The notes under the pieces are model-generated. The model searched no databases. It was not told the DNA's origin and saw nothing but the letters and a program-made list of their open reading frames with translations. Source: Wickerhamiella versatilis (Eukaryota). From it: a DNA stretch of 64,000 nucleotides. A program made the position numbers and the translations under genes. Shown piece by piece: positions 10,812-21,498 of this stretch. The stretch covers positions 1,240,001 through 1,304,000 of the forward strand of contig JAQOWU010000007.1 of NCBI GenBank assembly GCA_030867685.1, written 5' to 3'. Numbering within the stretch: the first letter of the stretch is position 1; each line of letters begins with the position of its first letter.

Positions 10812-11666
10812 ATGTACCGCGCAGCTCTTTTCTCGAAGCCGGCAGCTGCCGTTGCAGCTACTAGCACTCTGGGTTTGTCTGCGTACTATGCGCATATCTA
10901 TTTGAATCCAGCAAATGCTATGACAGAGATGGAGCACGGCTTGCACGCACCATCATATCCTTGGCCACAGTCCGGTCTTACGCAGACCTTTGACCACCAG
11001 TCGATCCGTCGTGGTTACCAGGTCTACCGTGAGGTTTGCTCAACGTGTCACAGTATGAATCTTGTGACTTGGCGCAGTCTTGTTGGTGTTTCGCATACTG
11101 CCTCGGAAGTTCGTGAAATGGCTGCCGAGTTTGAGTACGACGACGAGCCGGATGATGATGGTAACCCTCGTAAGCGTGCAGGAAAATTGGCAGACGCTTT
11201 TCCAGCTCCTTATCCTAATGAGCAGGCTGCCCGTGCCGCTAACCAGGGTGCACTCCCACCTGATCTCAGTCTAATGACCAAGGCACGTCACAACGGTGTA
11301 AACTACGTTTTTTCATTGCTGACTGGCTATCCTGAGGAGACTCCCGCAGGTGTTCAATTAGCACCTGGCCTGAACTACAACCCTTATTTCGCTGGTGGTG
11401 GTATTGGTATGGCTCGCGTCTTGTTTGACGAACTTGTAGAATTTGAGGACGGAACGCCAGCATCCACCTCTCAGATGGCGAAGGATGTTACAACTTTCCT
11501 TAACTGGTCCTCAAGCCCTGAGCACGATGACCGTAAGCGGCTGGGACTCAAGGCACTTATCACTATCTCTGGTTTGTGGCTGATCTCCATCGCGGTCAAA
11601 CGTTATAAGTGGAGCAACATTTGGACCCGTAAGGTTGTCTGGAAGGGGCCCGGGAAGCCCAAATAG
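10812..11666 (+). CDS. CYT1: Cytochrome c1
   Basis: CSTCH heme motif, RRGYQVYREVC, PPDLSL, C-terminal TM; ATG at 10812 (MYRAALF). Confidence 0.97.
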   Translation: MYRAALFSKPAAAVAATSTLGLSAYYAHIYLNPANAMTEMEHGLHAPSYPWPQSGLTQTFDHQSIRRGYQVYREVCSTCHSMNLVTWRSLVGVSHTASEVREMAAEFEYDDEPDDDGNPRKRAGKLADAFPAPYPNEQAARAANQGALPPDLSLMTKARHNGVNYVFSLLTGYPEETPAGVQLAPGLNYNPYFAGGGIGMARVLFDELVEFEDGTPASTSQMAKDVTTFLNWSSSPEHDDRKRLGLKALITISGLWLISIAVKRYKWSNIWTRKVVWKGPGKPK

Positions 11667-11807
11667 ACATAGTCTCTTTTGAGCGCTTAAAACTTTATAT
11701 TAGTGAGGTAGCACATCTTCCTAAAATAGCACGATATGTGGAGATTAAGTGGATTTAAAGCTTATATCCGTTGAATATTCCTCTCTTAAATATAAAGCAT
11801 CCCTGTA

Positions 11808-13067
11808 TCATCGGGATAGTGACACCTCGCTATCGAGCCCAGGGATTTTTGGTTGAGGTTGATCGGCTGACGGCGCCTGCGCCGTTCCGGATCGTGATGT
11901 CATTTGGTTAACTACGGGAATAAAAGATTCTCCATAGAACCGTGGATTGAATGGGTCTTCATCGTCTGGTCTTGCTCGAGTCCAGAATCGCGTGGATTTG
12001 TCGTTCGATGCCGAAGCTAAAATATGTCCGCCAGAATGCCACTCTAAATCCCAGACTGCATAATCATGTGCATGAGGAATCGTCCATGCTGGAAGCATTG
12101 AAGTGGCTGATCCTTCAGCAACTTGTCCGTCAATAAGAAAGTGGTTTATTGTACCATCGTGAGTACCTGTAGTTACGAGCTGAGGATGTATAGGATGCCA
12201 CACTAAGGTATCTACATCGGCCTCATGCCCATGGAGCACTAATACAGTAGCCATTTGACGCAGGTCAACGATATGTCCAGTATTATCGCGGGACGAAGCG
12301 CCCAAGAGACGTTGACCACCTGTTGGTTGGAAACGCGTTGACGACACGGTATTTTTGAAGCCATGAAGCGTAGCAATAGCATTAGATGATCGCGGGTCCC
12401 ATAGCTTTACCAAATTATCCTTAGAACCCGAGACAAGCAATCCTAATGTTGGGTGCCAATCAACACATTTAACATCCCACCCATGTCCGGTGAGTACAGA
12501 CTCTTGAGACATTGAGCCAAAATTCCAGACCTTCAAGCAGCCTTCATCGCTAGCAGTCGCAAATTTAGCATTTTGTGGAGACCAGGCGATGTCCTGGATA
12601 GCCTCTCTATGCGCTTGAGGGACAATGTTGACATTGTTAAAATTGGGTTGCCATATTTTAAGAGCACCTTCATCATCACCACTCAACAACCACTCACCGG
12701 AATGGGACCATCTGAGTCCCCGTACGGCCGTCTCGTGGGCCTGCATAAGCATCTCCGATTCGAAATGTTCCCCATTCCATAGTGTGAATTCTCCGGACAT
12801 AGATCCAACAAGTGCTCGTCTTCCATCCGGAGTCCACACAACTTTAAGATTGGGCGACTTGCTACGGTTAGAGCATGATTGAACAAATCTTGTAGGCAGC
12901 GAGGTAATTGCATACTGGCTCCATGCCGTAGGTGGCAGCACACTTTTGTTTGCTCCAGCTAACGGGAGGATATTACCAGGATTTCCAGACTCACCATGCG
13001 TCCTCTTTAACGACCATCGTGCATAGAAACAGCCAGGGTCCGCCCACGTAGGTGCATGCTGCTCCAT
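11808..13067 (-). CDS. PFS2: Polyadenylation factor Pfs2 (WDR33), WD40
   Basis: WTPDGRR, SGEFTLWNG, MQAHE, GHGWDVKCVDWHP, RFWTRARP. Confidence 0.93.
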   Translation of the reverse strand: MEQHAPTWADPGCFYARWSLKRTHGESGNPGNILPLAGANKSVLPPTAWSQYAITSLPTRFVQSCSNRSKSPNLKVVWTPDGRRALVGSMSGEFTLWNGEHFESEMLMQAHETAVRGLRWSHSGEWLLSGDDEGALKIWQPNFNNVNIVPQAHREAIQDIAWSPQNAKFATASDEGCLKVWNFGSMSQESVLTGHGWDVKCVDWHPTLGLLVSGSKDNLVKLWDPRSSNAIATLHGFKNTVSSTRFQPTGGQRLLGASSRDNTGHIVDLRQMATVLVLHGHEADVDTLVWHPIHPQLVTTGTHDGTINHFLIDGQVAEGSATSMLPAWTIPHAHDYAVWDLEWHSGGHILASASNDKSTRFWTRARPDDEDPFNPRFYGESFIPVVNQMTSRSGTAQAPSADQPQPKIPGLDSEVSLSR

Positions 13068-13439
13068 ACACTCTTTATTACGTCAGAGCCCTTCAGTGTC
13101 CTTGTAGAATAGCAGTAGGAATCACATAAATATAGCCATTGATCTACTTGATGTTCAGAATTTTAAAAGCTCTATAGGCTTGTGCTTTTATTTATTCTAA
13201 GTGCGAACGTTACTACTTATTTCAGACTGGCCCATATCTGTCTTACCTCGTGACACTGGTTAATACAGACTTATGATGAATCTTATTACATATTAGAGCC
13301 AGTAGAACAGTAGGAGCTCTCCAACTCCCACTATAAATTCCAACAGGGTTGAAGAGCCTAACTTTCTGAACATGCTTAGACATGGTACTAAAGATTCAAC
13401 CCTTGCCTTCATTCCATCAGTCACGCCGGTCACTGTATA

Positions 13440-14987
13440 ATGAGGCTTCATCGCCGCTATACGCTGGTGGCTATTGCCTTGGTAATAGCGTTGGACCTTT
13501 GCTTTATCTTTGCGCGTCGTCACAGGAATCTTTTGGACTGGAAAGGATCGTATCCGGAACCCCCGTCGACAGGTCGCCAACCGGATGTGGCTAGCTACCC
13601 CCCGAAGCAGGAAAGCATAAAAACAAATGGCCATATTCGAGATTTGCTCGAAGTTATTCGGAAGATGAACAATCTGCGCCCAGATATAGAGCCACTCAAG
13701 ACTTATAAGCGAAGTCTTCTCGATGACAATCCGAAGCTAGAGTCGGGCGAAATACCTGCCACTTCTAAACAGCTTGGAGAATACTTGCAAATAACTGATC
13801 GAGATCTTGCGGAGATTTCCTTGGCACATACCTCTGTTCTGGAAGCGATTCCTAAAAAACTACCACCAGGTATTTTTTCAGGGCGAGGCCTAGTTTTAAC
13901 CGGTGGCGGAACCTACTTCCCGATGCTATTAGTAGCTGTAAAATGGATTCGTGATATCGATCCTACGACCCCGATTGAGGTGTTCATGGGTGACGCCAGT
14001 GAGTATGAACCTACTTACTGTGATGAGCTTTTCCCGACTTTGAACACAAAGTGTGTCGTACTTGAAAATGTTATGGGCAAAAATCTTTACAAGGAGGTCC
14101 TCTCAAAATATGCATTTAAACCATTGGCTATCTTGATGTCCAGCTTTGATGAAGTTTACTTTATGGATGCTGATTCTTACCCCCTTCATAACCTAACTGA
14201 GGTTTTTGAGTCTAAACCATATAAGACAACTGGTATGGTACTCAATGGTGACTACTGGGACCGTTATATCAGCCCTAAATTTTTTGATATTGCCGGTGTG
14301 GAGCTTGGCGGATCTCCTTCTGATATTCAGTCAGAGCGGCCAGGTGCCGTGCCAGGTAAGTCCACGGAGTCAGGACAGCTTGCTGTCTCTAAGTCTCTTC
14401 ATTTTAGATCATTGCTCCTCACATGCTACTATAATGTCCTTGGCCCAGAGATATTTTTCCCGCTTATTATGCAAGGAGGACCCGGCGAGGGTGATAAAGA
14501 CACATATGCAGTGGCCGCAACAATTATGGGTGAAAAGTTTTATCAAACGCAGCGGAGACCGGTCACACTCGGATACAGGGACGAGCATGATGACTTCAAG
14601 GGTAAGGCAATGGTACAACCGCATCCTGTAAACGACTATGCTATATATGTGGAGAAAAAACCCAAGCAGACAAACGAGCGGTTTTTGAATTTGCATGCGA
14701 ATTATTTGAAAATGAATCCTAAATATCTTATCCAGCCCTCTGAATCACAGAGGGGCATACCAACTCTGGGTAAAACACGATACTTTGGTGATCGAGCAAA
14801 TATCATCAAGGAAACTCTGGTGGATGAGGACATTGAGTTGCGTCTCTTCCGAGCCACGATGGGCGTGACCTGTGACTGGGCACTTAGACAACATCGAATA
14901 CCAAAGGATTGGAATGACCAGGATGTCAACCACCTTTGTGAAGTCATTAGTGCGCATGTTACCTGGCTTGAGAACAATTGGATGTGA
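13440..14987 (+). CDS. MNN2: Alpha-1,2-mannosyltransferase, Mnn2/Mnn5 family (GT71), paralog 1
   Basis: Type II TM N-terminus, GRGLVLTGGG, DAD motif, TESGQL, GEGDKDT. Confidence 0.85.
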   Translation: MRLHRRYTLVAIALVIALDLCFIFARRHRNLLDWKGSYPEPPSTGRQPDVASYPPKQESIKTNGHIRDLLEVIRKMNNLRPDIEPLKTYKRSLLDDNPKLESGEIPATSKQLGEYLQITDRDLAEISLAHTSVLEAIPKKLPPGIFSGRGLVLTGGGTYFPMLLVAVKWIRDIDPTTPIEVFMGDASEYEPTYCDELFPTLNTKCVVLENVMGKNLYKEVLSKYAFKPLAILMSSFDEVYFMDADSYPLHNLTEVFESKPYKTTGMVLNGDYWDRYISPKFFDIAGVELGGSPSDIQSERPGAVPGKSTESGQLAVSKSLHFRSLLLTCYYNVLGPEIFFPLIMQGGPGEGDKDTYAVAATIMGEKFYQTQRRPVTLGYRDEHDDFKGKAMVQPHPVNDYAIYVEKKPKQTNERFLNLHANYLKMNPKYLIQPSESQRGIPTLGKTRYFGDRANIIKETLVDEDIELRLFRATMGVTCDWALRQHRIPKDWNDQDVNHLCEVISAHVTWLENNWM

Positions 14988-15200
14988 GGATCTAGAAGGC
15001 TAGATTTTCCTTACTGGATACTACGGAACTCTGCGTAGAAATCCATAGTAGCCAATTGGTTATAAGAAAAAAACCGATCTAGTGAGCCATTTTCGTGTCT
15101 TTTTTTGGCCAGACAGATCTCAACGGCATAATTAACGTGAAAAAATATGAACGATTTAGTGAAACTAAATATATTACTAAACTAAACTGCTTTGGATATC

Positions 15201-16802
15201 ATGATGCGGTATCAGCGGTTAAAACGCTTTTACATGCCAGCCTTGCTAGCATTTGCATTTATGTACTACGTCTGGTCACTAAATCCTGAAGTGCCAAAAG
15301 TACCGGTTCAGGAGAACGAGGGTCGACCTCTCAAAAATACTGCCAGCGAGAATCCAAGCAAGGGCTTATCGGCGGCACCGAAGTCAGGCTACGGAGATAG
15401 CGGGGTAACTCCTAAATCTTCGGAATTCATCATCAGCGCGGTAAAAACGCTTTATGATGTGAATCCTAATGTTACGACCCTCAGCAATTATGATCGCAGT
15501 ATTATGAGTGATCTTGGAGAACTTGACTCCAAGGCCACATCTGAGATGCTGAGTAGATATTTGCAGGTACCTAAAGAAGATGAGATCAAACTCAAGCAAG
15601 CACATGCTGATGCCGTTGCGAGCTTGCCGTCAGCAGTTCCCCCAGATACATTCCATGGTCGAGGTATTGTTATGACTGGTGGCGGGGCCTACTTTCCTGT
15701 TCTTCTAGCAGGGCTTCGATGGCTTAGGAATATGGGCTCTAAAATTCCAGTAGAGGTTTACATGGAGGATGCTCGAGAATATGAGAAGGATTATTGCGAG
15801 AGCCTGTTTCCCAAGATAGGGGTCAAGTGCGTAGTTCTAAATGAAGTATTCGGCAAGGAACTTTTCAAGGAACTCAATAACAAGTATGTTTTTAAACTTC
15901 TGGCGATATTGGCTTCGAACTTCGATGAGATTTACTTTATGGATGCCGACTCTTTTCCGATATTCCCAATTGAAGAGGTGTGGGATTCTACACCATACCA
16001 AAAGACTGGCTTTGTACTTAATGCTGATTTCTGGCCACGTTATGTGAGTCCGACGTTTTATGAGATAGCAGGTATAGAGCTTGGACCTCGAGCCAGAGGG
16101 AATCCTGCCGATGATGTTCTCTTGCAAGCTGATAGAAAGGGCGCTGTGCCTGAACTTTCGACAGAATCTGGTCAGCTTGCAGTGAAAAAGTCAGAGCATA
16201 TCCGCTCACTGCTATTGGCTACATGGTATTGCATTTATGGTACTCAGTACTGGTTCCCTCTAATTATGCAGGGGGGACCAGGAGAAGGTGACAAGGACAC
16301 TTTTACCACAGCTGCAGTGGTATTGAACGAGTCATATTATCAAACAAAGCGAAGACCAGGGAATCTAGGATTTATGACACCCACACAATATAAAGGGTTT
16401 GCAATGATTCAACCACATCCCCAGGCGGATTGGGACCACTACGTTGAAGGACGACCTGATAATAAAACATTCTTGACTTTGCATTCAAACTCTGTTAAAA
16501 TGAACGCCAAGCATCTCTTGCAAAACTCGGAAACTCTTCGCGGTATGGCACCGCTCAAAGGAGCTCGGTTTTACGGAAACATAGATCGCATAGAGCATGA
16601 GACAGGACGTCGGGATGATATAGAATTGCGCATGTTTGAAGCTGCACGAGATGTCGCATGCGAATGGGCCTTCAAGCAAAAGCTTATACCTCTTGATTGG
16701 ACTGGTGAGGATGTTGGACGATTTTGTACAGAATTGAATAACCATGTAAGATGGTTGCGAGAAAACCCAGATGATGGACATCCACCACCTGGATATGATT
16801 AA
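15201..16802 (+). CDS. MNN2: Alpha-1,2-mannosyltransferase, Mnn2/Mnn5 family (GT71), paralog 2
   Basis: Same motifs (GRGIVMTGGG, FMDADS, TESGQL, GEGDKDTF); ATG at 15201. Confidence 0.85.
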   Translation: MMRYQRLKRFYMPALLAFAFMYYVWSLNPEVPKVPVQENEGRPLKNTASENPSKGLSAAPKSGYGDSGVTPKSSEFIISAVKTLYDVNPNVTTLSNYDRSIMSDLGELDSKATSEMLSRYLQVPKEDEIKLKQAHADAVASLPSAVPPDTFHGRGIVMTGGGAYFPVLLAGLRWLRNMGSKIPVEVYMEDAREYEKDYCESLFPKIGVKCVVLNEVFGKELFKELNNKYVFKLLAILASNFDEIYFMDADSFPIFPIEEVWDSTPYQKTGFVLNADFWPRYVSPTFYEIAGIELGPRARGNPADDVLLQADRKGAVPELSTESGQLAVKKSEHIRSLLLATWYCIYGTQYWFPLIMQGGPGEGDKDTFTTAAVVLNESYYQTKRRPGNLGFMTPTQYKGFAMIQPHPQADWDHYVEGRPDNKTFLTLHSNSVKMNAKHLLQNSETLRGMAPLKGARFYGNIDRIEHETGRRDDIELRMFEAARDVACEWAFKQKLIPLDWTGEDVGRFCTELNNHVRWLRENPDDGHPPPGYD

Positions 16803-16929
16803 ATTATCTTCATCTATTGTAATAGTATAATTTTTTTTGGTGCGAACATCTTCCGAACGCGGCTGACATTATATATATTTCCAGAAGTTCGTTGAGGCAC
16901 GTAGTCAGCAGTAGAGGTGCAGCGGTGGG

Positions 16930-18396
16930 ATGGAAGCTCGGCAATGGGCTGACACGCTGGCGCTGGTTTTGGCGTTAACTGCACTGCCTGATACGATAGC
17001 GGTTCCTACCCTGCTGGTCTTTCTTTTGTGGGCTCGACGTCCGACACTCGCACAAATTAGTTTCACCACATTTCACTTTATAGTTGCGCTTTCTTTTGCA
17101 TCACACACTATTTGGTACATATGGCGCCGCATAGCGCTTGGAGCACTAGCTGGTGCGCTCCTTGGCCCATTTTCTCATGCAGGAGGGGTCGTTATCCTCC
17201 TGGCGATTGTAGAAACGGCAGCAGGAGTTAGTACTGGTACTCCGATAGTCCGAGACTATGCAGAGACACTTTGTGAGCCTGGAATACGCCCAAAAAAGAT
17301 TACAGTTGGTGTTTCGCTTTATATTTATACCTTAGTAGCCTTGCAAGCAGCTTCGACTCTTTTCCAGGTGGGGCAGCCTGCAAGCACAAATAATAGTAAC
17401 AAGGGCAAAAAAGCACCGGCACTACTACGAAAAAGCCCACTCTGGTATTCTGTAGTCAGAACATGGCTACTTATTAGGCCTGGTGGGTCGCGGACAAAAG
17501 TATCTTTATATCCTCAGCTTCGATTTGTTGAAAAAGATCTTGTTGGATTTTTAGTGCCGAAACCATCGAGTTTGAGGTTTTATATTGACGGTGTCAGGTG
17601 GCTACATGTTTACTGCGATGATGAAAAACAATTTGCTGTTCTTTATGGACTACGTCCACGCGTACACTATCAAGTCGAAATTTCAGGGTATGCACCATTA
17701 CGTATATCGACCCTTAATGACTGCAGGGACCGTATGCCACAGGAGCCAATGCCTCAGCTTACGCTCTCTGATGCCCTTGAGACCTCAGAGAATCAACTGA
17801 CGGAGCAACGTCATCGCTTGCGGCGTACACGGCGGGATAATGGTAAAAAACTCCAGGCTGTTAAATCAGAGATCTCCACTCTAACGGAGAGGCTAAACAG
17901 GTCACGACGTGGTGATGAAAGAGCTCGCAAGAGACTTATAGCATCCAGCGACGCAGTACGGCAGCTCCAGCAAGAGATTTCAGTGCAGTCTGCTATGATT
18001 GAGGCTACCAAGGTGCAGTGTATAGCTATGGAGAAAGAATTATCTGAGGTCAGTGTCCAACTTAAAATTGTTCACGAAATAAGAGCAACGGCTTTTGCCA
18101 GACATGCAAAAGAGCTTGAAAAAATCAAGGCCTCACAGGCCTTGTATGAGCAACAAATAGCGAAGGAGCGTGAAAGAATAGCACTTCAGCAACAACAGTT
18201 ACATGCAATAAGGCGCGAAATATCTGAGTCCAAGAGGTCCATTGAAGCTGCTGTCGAGGCATTTCTAAAACAGCGAGCTACGGCACGGAAGGATAAAGAG
18301 CAGAAACGTTCGAAGCAATCCCAAGAGTTCTACTCGACCATAGAAAAACTGGAGGATAGCGCGCGAAGTTTTTATGCAATGGTTCAGCAACCTTAG
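16930..18396 (+). CDS. Nnf2/AcrB-like membrane protein (TM region, FN3-like segment, long coiled coil)
   Basis: N-terminal hydrophobic segments, IDGVRW...LYGLRP FN3-like block, RLRRTRRD coiled coil. Confidence 0.55.
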   Translation: MEARQWADTLALVLALTALPDTIAVPTLLVFLLWARRPTLAQISFTTFHFIVALSFASHTIWYIWRRIALGALAGALLGPFSHAGGVVILLAIVETAAGVSTGTPIVRDYAETLCEPGIRPKKITVGVSLYIYTLVALQAASTLFQVGQPASTNNSNKGKKAPALLRKSPLWYSVVRTWLLIRPGGSRTKVSLYPQLRFVEKDLVGFLVPKPSSLRFYIDGVRWLHVYCDDEKQFAVLYGLRPRVHYQVEISGYAPLRISTLNDCRDRMPQEPMPQLTLSDALETSENQLTEQRHRLRRTRRDNGKKLQAVKSEISTLTERLNRSRRGDERARKRLIASSDAVRQLQQEISVQSAMIEATKVQCIAMEKELSEVSVQLKIVHEIRATAFARHAKELEKIKASQALYEQQIAKERERIALQQQQLHAIRREISESKRSIEAAVEAFLKQRATARKDKEQKRSKQSQEFYSTIEKLEDSARSFYAMVQQP

Positions 18397-18432
18397 ATAT
18401 CATAGAGGGGCGAAATATATTTATACACATGT

Positions 18433-19455
18433 TTAGGATAGATTAAAACTGTCTCCGTTGCGAGTATGAATGCCTTGCTCAGTGATAATAGCATCAATAA
18501 GACTTGCAGGCGTAACGTCGAAAGCCGGATTCCAAACATCGACACCATCCGGAGCTATTTTTAGTCCTTGCACAGATGTCAACTCTTGCGCAGGTCTTTC
18601 TTCGATACGAATTGCCGTACCTTCTGGGATAGAGAGATCTATTGATGTCGTTGGAGCTGCAACAATGAACTTCACACCATGATATTTTGCCAGGACTGCA
18701 AGCTGGTAAGTTCCAATTTTATTTGCAGTATCTCCATTACGCGCCACTCTATCAGCGCCCACAACTACCGCTTTCAAATCTGGGTTGAATCGCATGGCAG
18801 CAGCTGCCATCGAGTCTGTTATTAGTGTCGCCGGAATAGCATCTGCAAGAACTTCGTAGGCAGTCAGTCTTGCCCCCTGGTTATATGGCCGCGTTTCGAG
18901 GAAGTACAGCTTCTTTAGTAGGCCTGCTTGGAAACAAGATCTTACTATACCTAATGCCGTACCGTATCCCGCTGTGGCCAAACTACCAGTGTTGCATATT
19001 GTGAGCAAAGATAGAGGCTTATTGCCAAGACCGGCTATATAGTCCAAACCATTTTTACCAATAGACTTATTGTCCTCCAAATCTTTTTCCAGCATACCTG
19101 CCGTGATCTCAAGGGCCTTTGATGCTAATTCTCTCCCATCTGGGACTCCCTGCAGCCCTACTTTCAAATCTGTAACTGCTCGAGCTAGATTCACTGCAGT
19201 AGGCCTTGAAGTTAAGATGTAAGCCAAGTTCTTTTCTATTTCAGATATCAATGGCTTCTTTTGAGCATCTAGAGCGACAGCTAGTATGCCAACCATTGCA
19301 ATGGCAGGTGCTCCTCGGACAACCATACTCTTGATAGCGGCATGTGCATCCTCAGTATTAGTGATTTCAACCCATTTGGTAGTGTGTGGAAGCAGCAATT
19401 GATTGAGAATTTGTAAACTTGGTTTGGTCTTGTCGAACTTGATAGATTCCAACAT
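18433..19455 (-). CDS. MRI1: Methylthioribose-1-phosphate isomerase
   Basis: MVVRGAPAI, SRPTAVNL, CNTGSLATAGYGTALG, ETRPYNQGARLT, NGDTANKIGTY, WNPAFDVTP. Confidence 0.97.
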   Translation of the reverse strand: MLESIKFDKTKPSLQILNQLLLPHTTKWVEITNTEDAHAAIKSMVVRGAPAIAMVGILAVALDAQKKPLISEIEKNLAYILTSRPTAVNLARAVTDLKVGLQGVPDGRELASKALEITAGMLEKDLEDNKSIGKNGLDYIAGLGNKPLSLLTICNTGSLATAGYGTALGIVRSCFQAGLLKKLYFLETRPYNQGARLTAYEVLADAIPATLITDSMAAAAMRFNPDLKAVVVGADRVARNGDTANKIGTYQLAVLAKYHGVKFIVAAPTTSIDLSIPEGTAIRIEERPAQELTSVQGLKIAPDGVDVWNPAFDVTPASLIDAIITEQGIHTRNGDSFNLS

Positions 19456-19492
19456 TGTATTGATCTAATGAGTAATCAATCAAATAAACTCT

Positions 19493-19500
19493 ATCACGTG
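19493..19500. promoter_or_regulatory. Cbf1-type site ATCACGTG in the MRI1/LIA1 divergent promoter
   Basis: RTCACGTG about 38 bp upstream of the MRI1 ATG; typical of sulfur/methionine genes. Confidence 0.5.
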
Positions 19501-19698
19501 TTTCAGTTCTGCCAGATTTAAAGATAACTTCAAAAAGCCTTTACAAGCTTTATATGTCATTTGTGACCTTAGCTTTGAGTACAAGCTGGTCTTCTCCGAA
19601 GGTCTACTGGGCTATCTTGCATTGTCCAGCCATGACATATTTGTGACGTAATTTTTCGTCCTGTCCCTGACAGAGAAAATATTTTTTAGAACAACAAC

Positions 19699-20640
19699 AT
19701 GGACGCTCTGCGCAAAGCTGATGCATCAGGAGAATTGGCAAACCTGAGAAAAGCTCTATTGAATCTTGATGGAAATACTGATCTTGCAAACAGGTTCAGA
19801 GCACTTTTTCACTTGAGAAGCCTTGGAACTGAAGGTAGCAAGGAAGCCATGGATATCATCATGGAAGGTTTCAATGATCCAAGTGAACTGCTTAAACATG
19901 AAATGGCATACGTTCTGGGACAGACACGCCAGGAGTACGCTTTGGCTCTTCTAGAAAATGTACTTAAGGACCAGTCTCAGCAGGCAATGGTTCGCCATGA
20001 GGCAGCTGAGGCGCTTGGAGCCTTAGGATTTCCGGGTGCGCTTGAAATTCTCAACCATTATTGGAAGAATGACCCTCTAGTGGTAGTTCGTCAGACCTGC
20101 GAGTTGGCAGTTGCTCGTATATTGTGGGAACAAAGCGAGTCGGCCCGCACAGAGAAAATGGGCGTATCTCCATATGAATCAATCGATCCTGCACCTCCAC
20201 TCCCCATTAGCGAGAAAGCCACAGTGGAAAGTCTCCAAGAGCTGCTCAATGACCAGTCAAAACCACTATTCGAGAGATATCGTGCAATGTTCCGGCTAAG
20301 AGATATTGGTAGCCGTGATGCCGATTTGGCTCTCGTAACGGGCTTCAAGGATCCATCTGCACTTTTCCGACATGAGATTGCCTACGTTTGTGGTCAAGTA
20401 TGTGATCCGGCAACAGTCCCTGCTCTTGTAGAAGTTTTGGAAAATCCTAACGAGGAGGGTATGGTACGACATGAGGCTGCCGAGGCATTGGGATCAATTG
20501 CTACTGAAGATGTACTCCCTATTCTTCGCAAATTGGCCGATGATAAGGAAACAGTCGTCAGACAAAGTGCTGAGGTCGCGCTCGATATGTATGAATATGA
20601 GACTAGCGACCAAGTCGACTATACGACTATGACAGCTTGA
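19699..20640 (+). CDS. LIA1: Deoxyhypusine hydroxylase
   Basis: Four HE motifs in HEAT-like repeats ([31 protein letters not shown]); SIDPAPP. Confidence 0.97.
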   Translation: MDALRKADASGELANLRKALLNLDGNTDLANRFRALFHLRSLGTEGSKEAMDIIMEGFNDPSELLKHEMAYVLGQTRQEYALALLENVLKDQSQQAMVRHEAAEALGALGFPGALEILNHYWKNDPLVVVRQTCELAVARILWEQSESARTEKMGVSPYESIDPAPPLPISEKATVESLQELLNDQSKPLFERYRAMFRLRDIGSRDADLALVTGFKDPSALFRHEIAYVCGQVCDPATVPALVEVLENPNEEGMVRHEAAEALGSIATEDVLPILRKLADDKETVVRQSAEVALDMYEYETSDQVDYTTMTA

Positions 20641-20791
20641 TCCAATGATTAATGCAATTTTAGTTATATGTATATATAGTAGATCGTAACTTATATCATT
20701 TGAATGTTTTTTTTTGATTATTTCACCTCGTTACATTAGTAGCGGTTTCCTCAGAGGAACCATCATTTGTTTGTTCGGGGATCATAACGCA

Positions 20792-21166
20792 TTAGTTCGC
20801 TTGTCTAAATTTGTAGCCACAACGAGGACACGTATAGAAAACTGTTGCACCTTCATCTGCCGATCTCAGCTGGAGAGTGTAGAAGGTCATTTCTGGATTA
20901 CCACATTTTGGACATTCTTCTTCTATCACTGCACCTTCTTCAGCCTCGTGATCTCCCATATCAGTCTTCACCGCTGAGCGCTTCGAACGTAAAGTTGAAG
21001 GAAAAGCGTCAGCCGATGATTGCGTTACCACTTCAAGTCGGGAAAGCGGTGCTGCATCATACTGCCTATGACACATCTCACAACTCAGTGTGTCCTTCTC
21101 CTCGACGATATTATCCAGTAAGTTGCCGCAGTCAATACAAAAAATCAGACTACCTACGATAGACAT
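20792..21166 (-). CDS. RPA12: RNA polymerase I subunit A12
   Basis: MSIVGSLIFCIDCGNLL, CPKCG, QLRSADEGATVFYTC. Confidence 0.97.
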   Translation of the reverse strand: MSIVGSLIFCIDCGNLLDNIVEEKDTLSCEMCHRQYDAAPLSRLEVVTQSSADAFPSTLRSKRSAVKTDMGDHEAEEGAVIEEECPKCGNPEMTFYTLQLRSADEGATVFYTCPRCGYKFRQAN

Positions 21167-21498
21167 TTTCTAAAAATATTACTCATCAAACAAGACCTGT
21201 TTAAATTTTGATAGGAGTCCGCAAAAGTTCAGCATTAAGGAAAAGTGCGCCTCATTGGTGTTTAAGAATATAATTTAGGACAGAATTTCTCTAATTGGGA
21301 AACCAACTTCGTCATATAGTTGATGGAACCTGATCTTTAAGAAAGCCTGTAAAGATAATTTAAGGGCTTAGAATTTTGCTCTAGTTGACGGGGCAAAGAA
21401 ATACCTGACCTCTTGTGATCTTCACGGATGTCCCTGCACTGATAGAATCCAATTCATTTGTATTTCGAATTACATAATTTTTTAAAACTCGACGAGGT

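Noticed and set aside
13273-13369. Box C/D snoRNA-like ATGATGA...CTGA between PFS2 and MNN2
   Set aside because: No terminal stem and only 8-9 nt imperfect rRNA complementarity, not properly placed before a D box
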